Position numbers and translations under genes: made by a program. From Octopus sinensis (Eukaryota), in assembly GCF_006345805.1 (NCBI RefSeq), contig NC_043010.1, positions 60,512,001 through 60,576,000 on the forward strand: a DNA stretch of 64,000 nucleotides, in the 5' to 3' direction. The notes below the pieces were generated by a model. That model had not been told where the DNA came from. It saw nothing but the letters and a program-made list of their open reading frames with translations, and searched no databases. Below, one piece after another: positions 24,169 through 37,832 of this stretch (its first letter is position 1; every line of letters begins with the position of its first letter).

Positions 24169-25296
24169 TAGATGTTCCATGACTATTGTTAAATGATTCT
24201 CTCACACACCAAATCTTATACAATACTTTATATTTATATAAAAATATCAACTCTATGTCTCTTTCACCCATCACACACATAAAGGGCCTTACAGTGGCAT
24301 CTATTATGACCTAATTTCCATCTGAGGTAAATTAAATATTTCAAAACACCCTACTTTATATTAACATACTAAGTTCTTATAAAATAGTTATTTTACTCTC
24401 AGTTTTAGTGTAGTCATTTCATTAAACATAAAATAATCTGAGTTATCCTAGAAAGTTTAGGTATAGTATCTTTTAGTTCGATACCAAATCTACCATCAAT
24501 TAGTATCATACTAGATTCTACCATTGATTTACTTTATTGACATTTTGTCTTTTGTTCCCATCTGGTTTTTTTATATTCAGTTTATTTTGAATTTTACTAA
24601 TTGATATCATTATACATAGATAAGTGTTGATTCACACAAATTCCAATAAAGTAGTCATGTATATTAGTAACATATTAAAACTACCAACTTAGAAATTCCA
24701 AAAGTTCCATATTTTATTAAGTATAATATAGAAATTATAAGAAAAAAACTTGTTTTAATTTTTTAATTTGAAAATATTATAATTCCTCTTGATTCACTTT
24801 CTTTACAGTTCCTCTAATCATGTAAACTTCTTAAAAAATGAAATCTTTGGTGACTTAGTCTGAAATCAATTTGTTTCTGATAGAAATCCTGAATATGTAT
24901 TCTTATAGTGAAGTTAATAATAACTCATTAAATATCAAGAAATATTATAAATCTCATATCTTAATACAAATCTCTTATTTCCTAACATTAGATATGTAAA
25001 CTTAGTGTTTTTATTAGATAGAAAAAGTGATGCTGCTTCTGTTTAACATGACTTCTCTTATTTGATGTGTTTGTGTGACACAGACAACATTGCAGTAATT
25101 TCCTATTGGATGAGAGAGATTTTCTATATTTCTTTCAATATTGAAAGTGAGGCTGATAGCTTTTTTCTTTGTTCATCATACACACAATTGGGTGTGTGTG
25201 TGTGTGGAGGACATAGAGTTGTAACTAGCACACACCAGCATCTGGCTAACATCTCACCTCCCACTACATACAGCAACTGTCACACTATTATATCAG

Positions 25297-25638
25297 CAGT
25301 TACACAGGAACATCAGCAGCAGCAGCAGTAACACAGGAACACTACTACAACAGCAGCAGTACCACTATAATACCACTACAGCAGCAGCAGCAGCAGTTCG
25401 AGTGGAACACTACAGCAGGATACACATCATCCATCACACACAACTACAGTGAAGGATTAAACAATGCAGGTAAGTCTCTCTCTCTCTCCCTCTCTTTCTC
25501 TTTATTATCTTTTCATATTCATTATAACATTTATATTATTTGTGTTTCTAATGAAAGACAGGGTAAGGATAATATCTAAAATGTCTGCCATGTTGTATAT
25601 ATACAGGGACTGGGACAGTGGAGGATCGAGAGATCTAG
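25297..25638 (+). CDS. U3 putative exons 4 (25297-25469) and 5 (25607-25638)
   Basis: Conserved donor and acceptor; coding status inferred. Confidence 0.45.
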
Positions 25639-25970
25639 CCATCACTTCCACCATTAACAACAACAATAACTGCAGTAGTCATTGTAATACAATTACTTCA
25701 AACTGTATTACGTATTTTAATCTCAGAATCACACAAGACACGTTATACAAGAAATATTAGACTATATACATATATATTGCTATGATATATTTTATATGTA
25801 ATATTGGTCTAATATAGTCCAAACTAGAGGTATATATATATTTATTTCACTGTCAGAAAACATTGATTGAAAGCCATAAGACTGAGTGTTAATAATGTAT
25901 GTCAGTACAGCTCATACTCTGTTAAATAACTTTTTAATATTTCTTTGTATTTATAATAAGCTAAGAGTGT

Positions 25971-25983
25971 TTTGTTGTTGTTG

Positions 25984-26030
<47 letters not shown>
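25971..26030. repeat. (TTG)n(TTA)n microsatellite
   Basis: Directly visible. Confidence 0.95.
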
Positions 26031-26032
<2 letters not shown>

Positions 26033-26402
26033 GATAAATATAATGTGGTGTATGTTTGTTATCTAAGATATTTAGTGTAAGATGTAAACTAATAATATTG
26101 TCATGTGTTTTTAAAATATATTAACTCTAACAACAATCAATGAATGTTGTTCATTTGAGAATTGATCAGAAATAGTAACATCTTTCTACAAACTAACATA
26201 CATCACATTATTATTCTTGTTATTTTCTAAATATATTATATTTAGCAGTATGATATAAAACCTACAAAACATTTATGAATGGGGATTAACTTATTTTTCT
26301 TTCACTTCACTTAATATCCCTGTCTAATAATTATAGATGATTTTTTCATCAATAACCTAAAATGAAATATTTTATAATTCCTATTATTGTATCTATGAAA
26401 TA

Positions 26403-26640
26403 TCATTATCATCATCATCGTTTAAGGTCCGTTTTCCATGCTAGCATGGGTTGGACGGTTCAACAGGGGTCTGGGAAGCCAGGGGGCTGCACCAGGCCCC
26501 AGTCTGATCTGGCAGTGTTTCTACAGCTGGATGCTCTTCCTAATGCCAACCACTCTGTGAGTGTAGTGGCTGCTATTTATGTGCCACCAGCACAAGGACC
26601 AGAGGAGGCTGGCAAATGGCCACGATCAGTTGGTGCTTTT
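26403..26640 (-). mobile_element. 3'-end fragment of the RTE LINE family
   Basis: Matches 42264-42480 ((CAT)n tail, cagtctgatctggcagtgtttcta, one minisatellite-like unit). Confidence 0.85.
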
Positions 26641-27214
26641 ATATATATATATATACATACACACACACACACATATGCATCCTTTGTTAGTGTATTTAAT
26701 GAGTCCATAACTTCTTTGAATATTTATTAGTTTGAATGGGAGTTTTCCTCTTGATTCTTGGGAATAGACAAAAAAGAAAAAGTGGAAGTGTTCTTTCTGA
26801 GCTAAGAATGAATGTTATTATATTCCAGCCTGTAGCAATCCTTATAACTGTTCAAACATTGTACATTCCAAAATTGTTCTTGGAACAGGAAAAAGTAACT
26901 GTATCGTTAGAATTGTGATGGCAGATATTTTTATCAAATGATTTCTGTAATCGGTCAGAGGGTTGGGACAAGCAATTTAAATTTAATTCCAGACATGTCA
27001 TGTCTCACTTTGATACTCATTTCTATATAGTGTTTTATTATTTCTGTATAGATATATTTTTGAAGAAATACATTAATCTATTCATGAATTATGAACATTA
27101 AACCTAAAACATGATGATTGCTAACGTTTAATCCAACAACAGAATTTTCTGAGAGACACAGCGTAAAACATTGAGACTAGATAAACAACACAATATTTAA
27201 GATAAATGAGTGAG

Positions 27215-27243
27215 GTTTATTCGAGGGAGATAACTCTCGTTAT
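27215..27243. promoter_or_regulatory. Conserved 29-bp motif GTTTATTCGAGGGAGATAACTCTCGTTAT upstream of U4 (also about 32660-32688 and 63378-63406)
   Basis: Identical in three flanks; imperfect palindrome with central AGATAA. Confidence 0.5.
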
Positions 27244-27429
27244 CTTGTAGATTGTCAGATCCCAGAGGACTATACAGTTGGGACTTATGGAACACGTTTA
27301 CAGACAGAAATATGTTTCATAATGATTATTATAAATAAAATTAGATTTGTTGAATTATACTTAAACTTTAAATGTTTCTGGTGTTTTGTAGAAATTTCTC
27401 CTGCTGAAATGTGATGAAGAATCCCAGAC

Positions 27430-29828
27430 ATGACAGCATATATTGGTCTACTGTGTCTTCTACCTTTACTGATTACCCTTGTACTGTCCATAGATATTAC
27501 GTACTATGTCAAGGAAGAAGACAGTCCTCACACCTATATAGGAGACGTTGCTGTTGACTCCAACTTATCACACCCTCTCACACATCAACAACACACTCCC
27601 ATTACATTTACACAACTACAAAGGACAGTCGAGAGTGGTTCTCATTTATTTAATGTCACCAACTCAGGAAAACTCTACACTACTCAAACACTGGATGCTG
27701 AGTCTCTGTGTACATACAACAAGGAATGTTCCAGAACAGTGAAAGTAGCAGTGAGGAAAGGAAAAACGTTTATGAAGATTCTAAGGATAAAAATATTAAT
27801 AGAAGACATCAATGACCATTCTCCAGAGTTTCCACAGAATGAAGTTGAAATTGAATTTCTCGAAAGCCAATTTAAAGGGACTAAAATCTCACTTTTAAAT
27901 GCCATTGATCAAGATATTTCAATAAAGAATTCTCAAATTACATATATGATTAAGAAAAGTAAAAGAGAACCATTTTCCCTCTCAGTTGAAAAGCGATATG
28001 ATGGTGTTTTCATACCAGCTCTAGTGTTAGGAGACAAATTAGACAGGGAACTCAAAGACTCTTACATGTTGACACTGGAAGCTAAAGATGGAGGATATCC
28101 TTCAAAAACAGCTACACTCAAAGTACACATATCTGTGACAGATGTTAATGATAACACACCTGTATTTTCACAGAAACTCTATAACATCTCTATAAATAAT
28201 TCACATCAAAGACATTTACCAATTCTTACTTTAAAAGCCACAGATAAAGATTCTGGACAAAATGGAAAGATTTCTTACCATTTCAACCATAAAACATCTC
28301 GAAATATTCCGAAATATTTTGTATTAGATAAGAAAACGGGAGATCTATTTTTACATGATAATTTTCATTTTAGTAAAAAGCAATCTTATAAATTATTTAT
28401 TGAAGCACAGGATGAAGGAAATCCACCCTTAAGTTCTGTAACCAAAGTCCAGATTCTCATTATTAATAACCAGAATACTGCTCCATTGATAAATATAGAT
28501 TTTGTATCTCCTTTGTCAGAGAGCTCAGCAGCAGTTTCAGAAGACAGTGAAGTAGATAGTTTTATAGCTTATGTTATGGTCACTGACACTGATAGTGGAC
28601 CTAATGGTGAGGTTATCTGTGATTTAAAACATGATAAATTTAAACTTGCCAAAATAGATTCTAAAGAATATAAAATGATTGTTAAGGGCCATCTTGACAG
28701 AGAAATAAGGGACCACTATAAAGTATCTATTGTGTGTCATGACATGGGGTCACCTCAACTAGAAAGTAAAAAATATTTCTCTGTCAAAGTAACTGATGTC
28801 AATGATGTAGAACCACATTTTACCAAAGAGACATTCCAATTCCTCACCTATGAAAACCAGAAAGTTGACTTCCCTATTGGCTTCATCAATGCTACAGACC
28901 CTGATCTTGGAGATGGAGGCCAACTTACATATTCTATCATCAATGATAACAACAATGATAACATTCCTTTCCAACTGACAAAATATGGATTTATTTCTAC
29001 ATCACAATCAATAGATCGAGAAATGAAAGACATCTATAAGTTCCAGGTTTTAGTGAAAGATAATGGAACACCTTCTCTCAATGACACTGCCAATATTGTT
29101 ATTGAGATTCTAGATAAAAATGATAATGCTCCGTATTTTACGTTTCCTAATAATGACCCTTACAATCTCGATGTCCACTACCATCCACACAGTAAGAAGG
29201 ACATCACAATTCTGAGAGCATCTGACAAAGACACTGGAAACAATGCTTTCCTCACATATGGAATACTGAGATCCAATGATAAAAACCTGTTTACAGTGAA
29301 CTCACACACTGGTGTGTTATCTTTCTCTCGCACAGTTTACCAAAATGATGCAGGAACATATGAGCTGCAGTTTATAGTGAAAGACGGTGGTACTCCAGTT
29401 CAATCAGCAACAACTGCTATCATACTAACACTGTTTGTTAGTAATGATACATCTCCAATGTTGACTGCTGTGCCATTCCAGTCTGGTCACGACCTGAATA
29501 TGACTTGGGTAATTATCATTGTAGCAGCAGCTGTAATACTATCTGTGGCTATTGTAGTGTCCATAACACTGTGTGTTTTCAGATGTATTAATCACACAAT
29601 AACTCACCCACAACAGCAGAGAATCCCAACTTTCTCTCTCAGACTGAGATGAGACAATTACTGTATCAGACTAACAATCCTGTTGCAATAACGAGAAATG
29701 CAGAAGAGATATTTAACCGAAATCTTCAGACAATAAAATCTAAAAGTCAGTTTTTCCTGGAGATGGAACAGACACCAGATGAGTGGAAATTCTCAACAAC
29801 ACAAAGGAGACTTCCACCTGTGCCTCAG
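27430..29828 (+). pseudogene. Pcdh: Protocadherin U4 large exon with a 1-nt deletion just after the TM (truncated-tail gene, pseudogene, or assembly error)
   Basis: CACACAATAAC at about 29593-29603 versus CACACAAATAAC in all other copies. Exon length from ATG is 2399 nt instead of 2400; the frame ends at 29652 (...INHTITHPQQQRIPTFSLRLR*). Ectodomain and TM are intact. Confidence 0.85.
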
Positions 29829-29975
29829 GTAAATATAGTTGAAGAAATTTCATAATATTTCTACACATTTTAAAAGCATGCCTTTCTTGTCTTTTATCAG
29901 GAACACTCTAGAATACAAATATTAATGTTTCTTCTATTTAACATTATTCACTCAGCTCTGTTTTTTAATCAACAG

Positions 29976-30364
29976 AGATGTGATTCAATCCATAGTCAAG
30001 GACGTCGTACCAGTTCCATCATGTCTTACAACAGTGACACCTTAACATCCCAAAAGGACAGAGAAGCTAGCAAGAGTAATGGCAAGACTAAACCATACGA
30101 TGAGATACCTGCAGAACCAGGTAACTTTTATCAAAACATAACATATAAATGTAATTGCCTTTATTACTGTAGGACAATATATAATGTTATGCTTAGTGTA
30201 ATATAAGATCAGTGTTTCTATCTTTATGTATTGGAGTTGCTATATTGAAATGTAATTTGTGTTTGTATATTTGATATTTTGCAGAATATACCAATGACAA
30301 TCCAGTGGCAGCCACAATACTAAAGGGACAACAAATACAAGATACCTATCTACAGCCAACATAG
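29976..30364 (+). CDS. Pcdh: U4 cytoplasmic exons 2 (29976-30120) and 3 (30285-30364); out of frame if the deletion is real
   Basis: Conserved splice sites, intact sequence. Confidence 0.75.
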
Positions 30365-31232
30365 TAGATGTTCCATGACTATTGCTAAATTATTCTCTCA
30401 CACACCAAATCTTATACAATACTTTATATTCATGTAAAAATATCAACTCTATGTTTTTTTCACACATCGCACACATAAACGGCCAACAGTATCTTCCTTA
30501 TGGTGTATAATTTCCATGTCTGATACTTAAATAATGTCAATATTTTAAACTATATTTCCATACTTCTTTAGTTTGTTTCAACTGTTATAGATTTTATTTT
30601 TCTCATATTCATCTAAAAACCCTAATTTTACATGAAGTAGTTCATAACTCATTTCATAATATTTACCTGAAATATATGATTATATTTCAAAACCAACTAA
30701 GGAAATTGTATATTTATTGTATTATAGAATTTGTAAGTTAAGTATCAGACAAACTCATAAATATTCAAAGATAAAAAGTTAGAATTAATTATTTTCCACC
30801 ATTATATAGAAGTTTAAAATCAATATTAGCGTCAAATATAATTTTGAATTTAAATAATTATAAAGACTAGACTAGAATATCAAATAGTTTATAACTTGAA
30901 GATAAAAAGAAAATATGAAGTTTCTTTGCTTATTAATATTAAACACAAATGAAATTCTTAGCACTACAAACTGCTTTACTTCCATGTGGCTTCTGTTATT
31001 TGAAGTGTTTGTGTGACACAGACATCATTGCAGTAATTTCCTATTGGATGAGAGAGATTTTCTATATTTCTTTCAATATTGAAAGTGAGGCTGATAGCTT
31101 TTTTCTTTGTTCATCATACACACAATTGGGTGTGTGTGTGTGGAGGACATAGAGTTGTAACTAGCACACACCAGCATCTGGCTAACATCTCACCTCCCAC
31201 TACATACAGCAACTGTCACACTATTATATCAG

Positions 31233-31631
31233 CAGTTACACAGGAACAGCAGCAGCAGCAGCAGTAACACAGGAACACTACTACAACAGCAGCAGTACCA
31301 CTATAATACCACTACAGCAGTAGCAGCAGCAGTTAGAGTGGAACACTACAGCAGGATACACATCATCCATCACACACAACTACAGTGAAGGATTAAACAA
31401 TGCAGGTAAGTCTCTCTCTCTCTCTCTCTTTCTCTTTATTATCTTTTCATATTCATTATAACATTTATATTATTTGTGTTTCTAATGAAAGACAGGGTAA
31501 GGATAATATCTAAAATATCTGCCATGTTGTGTGTGTGTATATACATATATATAATCAAAATAAGCCTATGTATATGTGTGTGTGTGTGTGTGTATACAGG
31601 GATTGGGACAGTGGAGGATCGAGAGATCTAG
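31233..31631 (+). CDS. U4 putative exons 4 (31233-31405, CAG>TAG as in U2) and 5 (31600-31631)
   Basis: Conserved donor and acceptor; intron 4 lengthened by GT/AT repeats. Confidence 0.35.
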
Positions 31632-32028
31632 CCATCACTTCCACCATTAACAACACAACTGCAGTAGACATTGTAATGCAATTACTTCAATCTGGATTAC
31701 ACCTTTTAATGTCAGAATCACACAAGACAACATTATACAAGAAATATTAAAAAACATATATATTGCTATAAAGAATATTGCTCTAATATAGTCTAAACTA
31801 GTTGTATATATATATATTTATTTCACTGTCAGAAGACATCACTAACCAGTAAGACTGGGTGTTGACTAATGTATGTCAGTATAGTTTATATCTGTTTTGT
31901 TGTAATAACTCACTAATTAAATTTTCAATGTACTGTGATAGATTATTAATATCCATTTTATAGATATACATATATATATTGTATATAATAAACTAAGGAT
32001 GTTTATTGTTATTACTGATATTATTTTC

Positions 32029-32215
32029 AAGGTGGCAAGTTTGCAGAATTATTTACAGACAACAGAAAATGCTTTATGGCATTTTATTTGTCTTTACCTT
32101 CTGATTTCAAAGACTGCCAGGATGAAATAAGTACCAGATAAGCAGTGGGGTTGATGTAATCAATTAACCCTTACCCATCCAAAATTTCAGGCTTTGTGCT
32201 TATGGTAGAAAGGTT
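32029..32215 (+). mobile_element. Decayed tRNA-derived SINE
   Basis: ggtggcaag head; aaataagtaccag...gtggggttgatgtaatc body shared with other copies. Confidence 0.7.
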
Positions 32216-32789
32216 TATATTTTATAATTAAGATGTTGATAAATATTATTAATGTAGATTTGTTATTTAAGGTATTTATTGTGAGTTAGAAACTGACGAT
32301 ATTGTCAACTGTTGTTAAAATCTATTAACTCTGACAACAATTGATGAATTTTGAGAATCAGAAATAATATCATCGTCTTTCAACAAACTATCATACATCA
32401 CATTAATGTAGTTGTTATTATAATTTAAATTGAGCTCCAGACATGTCATATCTCACTTTGATACTCATTTCTATATAGTGTTTTATTATTTCTGTATAGA
32501 TATATTTTTGAAGAAATACATTAATCTATGGGTAAATTATGAACATTAAACCTAAAACATGATGATTGCTAACGTTTAATCCAACAACAGAATTTTCTGA
32601 GAGACACAGCGTAAAACATTGAGACTAGATAAACACAATAATTAAGATAAATGAGTGAGGTTTATTCGAGGGAGATAACTCTCGTTATTGTATTGTCTTG
32701 TTGATTGTCAGATCACGGAAGACTATTCAGTAGGGTGGAGCGAAAAATGCAACTTTCGAAATTGGTAACCAAGAATCGATATTTTGTTG

Positions 32790-33018
32790 CGGTGAGCTGG
32801 CAGAAACGTTAACATGCTGGGCGAATTGCATAGCAGTATTTCGTCTGTCATTACATTGTGAGTTCAAATTCCGCCGAAGTCGACTTTGCCTTTCATCCTT
32901 TCGGGGTCGATAAATTAAGTACCAGTTATGCACTGGGATTGATGTAATCGACTTAATACCTATGTCTGTCCTTGTCTGTCCCCTCTGTGTTTAGCCCCTT
33001 ATGCGTAATAAAGAAATA
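32790..33018 (+). mobile_element. tRNA-derived SINE with 12-bp target-site duplication
   Basis: Head GGTGAGCTGGCAGAA (A-box-like), B-box GAGTTCAAATTCC; TSD GATATTTTGTTG at 32778-32789 and 33019-33030. Confidence 0.9.
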
Positions 33019-33705
33019 GATATTTTGTTGTGAATTAGGTTAAAAAGAAAGGTGTATAAAGAACATTGCGATTAAATATGCTTTTCAGGCTCCGCAACAC
33101 AATTGAAAAATTTAAAAATCGCTATTTTTGGTCAAATTTTGGATTTCATGGATTATAAGTTGTAATGTATATATATTTCTACATAGCAAAATGCAAAACA
33201 GTAAATATAGTATCCTTAAGAGGTTGCATACCAAGTTTCAATACAATTGAATAATATCTTGAGGTTCGCACTGACTATATAGAAAACGGGAGTGTGAACT
33301 TCTCTACAGTGCCACTGCAGCAGTCATTGTGTGTGGATGTACATGGTACGTGTGAAGTTTTCTGCTTTGTACCTTGACTTTAGGCCATTGTATTAAAATT
33401 AACGATCATGTTAAATTTAGTGTTGTTTACATTTAGTGATGACTCATAAGCCAATAACGCACCATGATATTGAATGCCCAATATTTGGTACTCCATATGA
33501 TCTTAGCAAGTGAGTTTTGCCAACTAGGTAGGACATGCTAAAATGTGTTTTATTTGAACAAGATAAAGAAAAGAATATAGTTAAGAAAGATCCTTCATTT
33601 AAACAAATTTTCGAGATTGAGGCAGAAAAGATAATACTTCTTTGGCCATACGCATCCATCCCTTGTGTTACAATTGAGTCAGTTAAACTAAAAATCTTGA
33701 ACTTT

Positions 33706-34558
33706 TATCTAAAGTACCAAGCATTACTAAAATCTGGGAGAAATAGAAAAAATGTTCCATCATTTCAATCAGTGTAATGTGTTTAAGAAAAATGCAACAA
33801 AAGATTTATTTGACATTTTTTATTGGAAATATTATTTTTATCACCAAAATGTATCAAGAATCAAAAATTGGTTTCTATGTAATTTTATTTTAATGTGTGT
33901 GTGATCTAGACCTCATGTAACACATATATTCAGTGACCTAGTATTAAAAATAATAAAGTCACAAAGTCTATTTCTTTCACATAATTTCGAAATTTCAAGT
34001 GCGTTGTGAAGCCTGAAGATATAATTTGTAGACCTTGAGATTTTAACACTCTTGTTTTTAAATAATTTCGCAAAAGAAAATCAATTTGTAACAATGAATA
34101 TAAAAAATAAAATGAGGAATGGCACATGTGTTATAAATTGATTTTTTGCTCATTATTCAAAATTTCACGTGGGCTGTGGAGCCTGAAGATGTATATTTAA
34201 GAACTTCAGATTTTAACACAGTTGTTTTTAAAGGATTTTGCAATGAAAAATATATTTTTGAAAACATATTTAAAAAAACTGTGTAAAAAGTACCTTTTTT
34301 TGCTCCACGTTTATTTTTAATACTAGGTCACTGAATATATGTGTTGCATGAGGTCTAGATCACACACACATTAAAATAAAATTACATATAAACCAATTTT
34401 TGATTCTTGACACATTTTGGTGATAAAAATAATATTTCCAATAAAAAATGTCAAATAAATCTTTTGTTGCATTTTTCTTAAACACATTACACTGTTTGAA
34501 ATGATGGAACATTTTTTCTATTTCTCCCAGATTTTAGTAATGCTTGGTACTTTAGATA
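33706..34558. mobile_element. Foldback/MITE-like element with ~248-bp inverted arms
   Basis: 33706-33953 is the near-perfect reverse complement of 34311-34558; the spacer holds two diverged ~90-bp direct repeats. Confidence 0.85.
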
Positions 34559-34682
34559 GAAATAGAAGTGTCACAGTGATTATTGTAAATATAATTAGAT
34601 TTGTTGAATTATAAATAAACTTTAAATGTATTTCTCATGTTTTGTAGAAATTTCTCCTCAAATGTGATGAAGAATTCCAGAC

Positions 34683-37079
34683 ATGACAGCATATATTGGT
34701 CTACTGTGTCTTCTACCTTTACTGATCACCCTTGTACTGTCCATAGATATTACATACCATGTCAAGGAAGAAGGCAGACCTCACACCTATATAGGAGACA
34801 TTGCTGTTGACTCCAACTTATCACACCCTCTCACACATCAACAACACACTCTCATTACATTTACACAACTACAAAGGACAGTCGAGAGTGGTTCTCACTT
34901 ATTTAATGTCACCAACTCAGGAAAACTCTACACTACTCAGACACTGGATGCTGAGTCTCTGTGTACATACAACAAGGAATGTTCCAGAACAGTTAAAGTA
35001 GCAGTGAGGAAAGGAAAAACGTTTATGAAGATTCTAAAAATTAAAATATTAATAGAAGACATCAATGACCATTCACCAGAATTTCCACAGAATGAAGTTG
35101 AAATTGAATTTTCTGAGAAAGACAGAAAAGGGGAAATGGTCTCCCTTCTAAATGCCATTGATCAGGATATTTCAGTCAAAAATTCTCAAATTACATATAT
35201 GGTTAAGAAAAGTAAAAGAGAACCATTTTCTCTCTCTGTCACAAAACACAAAGGTATTTTCACACCTGAAATAATTCTTGAAGATAAGTTAGACAGGGAA
35301 GTAAAAGACTCATACATGTTAACCTTGGAAGCTAAAGATGGAGGGAATCCTCCCAAAACAGCTTCACTCAAGGTACACATATCTGTAACTGATGTCAATG
35401 ATAACACACCTGTATTTTCACACGACCTGTACAACACATCTGTAAGTAATTCACATCAAAGACATTTACCAATTCTTACTTTAAAAGCCACAGATAAAGA
35501 TTCTGGAGACAATGGAAAGATTTCTTTTCATTTCAACCATAAAACATCTCGAAATATCCAGAAATATTTTGTATTAGATAAGAAAACTGGAGATTTATTT
35601 CTACATGATAATTTTCATTTTAGTAAAAAGCAGTCTTATAAGTTATTTATTGAAGCAAGAGATGGAGGCAAGCCACCCAAAAAATCTGTTGCAGCAGTTC
35701 AGATTCATGTAGTCAATAACCAAAATAATGCACCATTGATAAATATAGATTTTGTATCTCCTTTATCAGGGAGCTCAGCAGCAGTTTCTGAAGACAGTGA
35801 AGTAGATAGTTTTATAGCTTATGTTATGGTCACTGACACTGATAGTGGACCTAATGGTGAGGTTATCTGTGATTTAAAACATGATAAGTTTAAACTTGCC
35901 AAAATAGATTCTAAAGAATATAAAATGATTGTTAAGGGCCATCTTGACAGAGAAATAAGGGACCACTATAAAGTATCTATTGTGTGTCATGATATGGGGT
36001 CACCTCAACTAGAAAGTAAAAAATATTTCTCTGTCAAAGTAACTGATGTCAATGATGTAGAACCACATTTTACCAAAGAGACATTCCAATTCCTCACCTA
36101 TGAAAACCAGAAAGTTGACTTCCCTATTGGCTTCATCAATGCTACAGACCCAGATCTTGGAGATGGAGGCCAACTTACATATTCTATCATCAATGATAAC
36201 AACAATGATAACATTCCTTTCCAACTGACAAAATATGGATTTATTTCTACATCACAATCAATAGATCGAGAAATGAAAGACATCTATAAGTTCCAGGTTT
36301 TAGTGAAAGATAATGGAACACCTTCTCTCAATGACACTGCCAATATTGTTATTGAGATTCTAGATAAAAATGATAATGCTCCGTATTTTACGTTTCCTAA
36401 TAATGACCCTTACAATCTCGATGTCCACTACCATCCACACAGTAAGAAGGACATCACAATTCTGAGAGCATCTGACAAAGACACTGGAAACAATGCTTTC
36501 CTCACATATGGAATACTGAGATCCAATGATAAAAACCTGTTTACAGTGAACTCACACACTGGTGTGTTATCTTTCTCTCGCACAGTTTACCAAAATGATG
36601 CAGGAACATATGAGCTGCAGTTTATAGTGAAAGACGGTGGTACTCCAGTTCAATCAGCAACAACTGCTATCATACTAACACTGTTTGTTAGTAATGATAC
36701 ATCTCCAATGTTGACTGCTGTGCCATTCCAGTCTGGTCACGACCTGAATATGACTTGGGTAATTATCATTGTAGCAGCAGCTGTAATACTATCTGTGGCT
36801 ATTGTAGTGTCCATAACACTGTGTGTTTTCAGATGTATTAATCACACAAATAACTCACCCACAACAGCAGAGAATCCCAACTTTCTCTCTCAGACTGAGA
36901 TGAGACAATTACTGTATCAGACCAACAATCCTGTTGCAATAACGAGAAATGCAGAAGAGATATTTAACCGAAATCTTCAGACAATAAAATCTAAAAGTCA
37001 GTTTTTTCTGGAGATGGAACAGACACCAGATGAATGGAAATTCTCAACAACACAAAGGAGACTTCCACCTGTGCCTCAG
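34683..37079 (+). CDS. Pcdh: Protocadherin U5 large exon (799 aa)
   Basis: Six cadherin repeats plus TM; acceptor 34647/34648; donor 37079/37080. Confidence 0.97.
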
Positions 37080-37443
37080 GTAAATATATTTTGAAATGAT
37101 CCAGTTGTTGCATCACATTTTTTTACAATATTCCTGAAAACGTATGCTATACATCTTGTTTTATTTAAATGTCATATCCCTTTCTTATATTTTTTCCTTA
37201 AAAGATGAAAGATGTTTCATAATTTTACTTTTTACTAGTAATACCCATTTAAAATTTGCATATAAGTATTTCATTGAACAATATTTTCATTTTATTTAAT
37301 TGTGAATTCCAGTTTATTTTTATTAATTAAAAAATTTAATTATAACATTTCAACTCCATAAAAGTATTCCTTTCTTTGTCTTACCAAGCACATTCTAGAA
37401 ATGAAATGTGAATGTTTCTTCTGCTTTTTTTTCTAATCAACAG

Positions 37444-37832
37444 AGATGTGATTCAATCCATAGTCAAGGACGTCGTACCAGTTCCATCATGTCTTACAAC
37501 AGTGACACCTTAACATCCCAAAAGGACAGAGAAGCTAGCAAGAGTAATGGCAAGACTAAACCATATGATGAGATACCTGCAGAACCAGGTAACTTTTATC
37601 GAAACATTACATATAAATGTAATTGCCTTTATTACTGTAGGACAATATATAATGTTATGCTTAGTGTAATATAAGATCAATGTTTCTATCTTTATATATT
37701 GGAGTTGTTATATTGAAATGTAATTAGTGTTTTTATATTTGATATTTTGCAGAATATACCAATGACAATCCAGTGGCAGCCACAATACTAAAGGGACAAC
37801 AAATACAAGATACCTATCTACAGCCAACATAG
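37444..37832 (+). CDS. Pcdh: U5 cytoplasmic exons 2 (37444-37588) and 3 (37753-37832)
   Basis: Conserved splice sites and phases. Confidence 0.85.

Noticed and set aside
33444-34127. Short ORFs in the U5 upstream insertion as a transposase
   Set aside because: No DDE or other recognisable motif; partly within the inverted arms.
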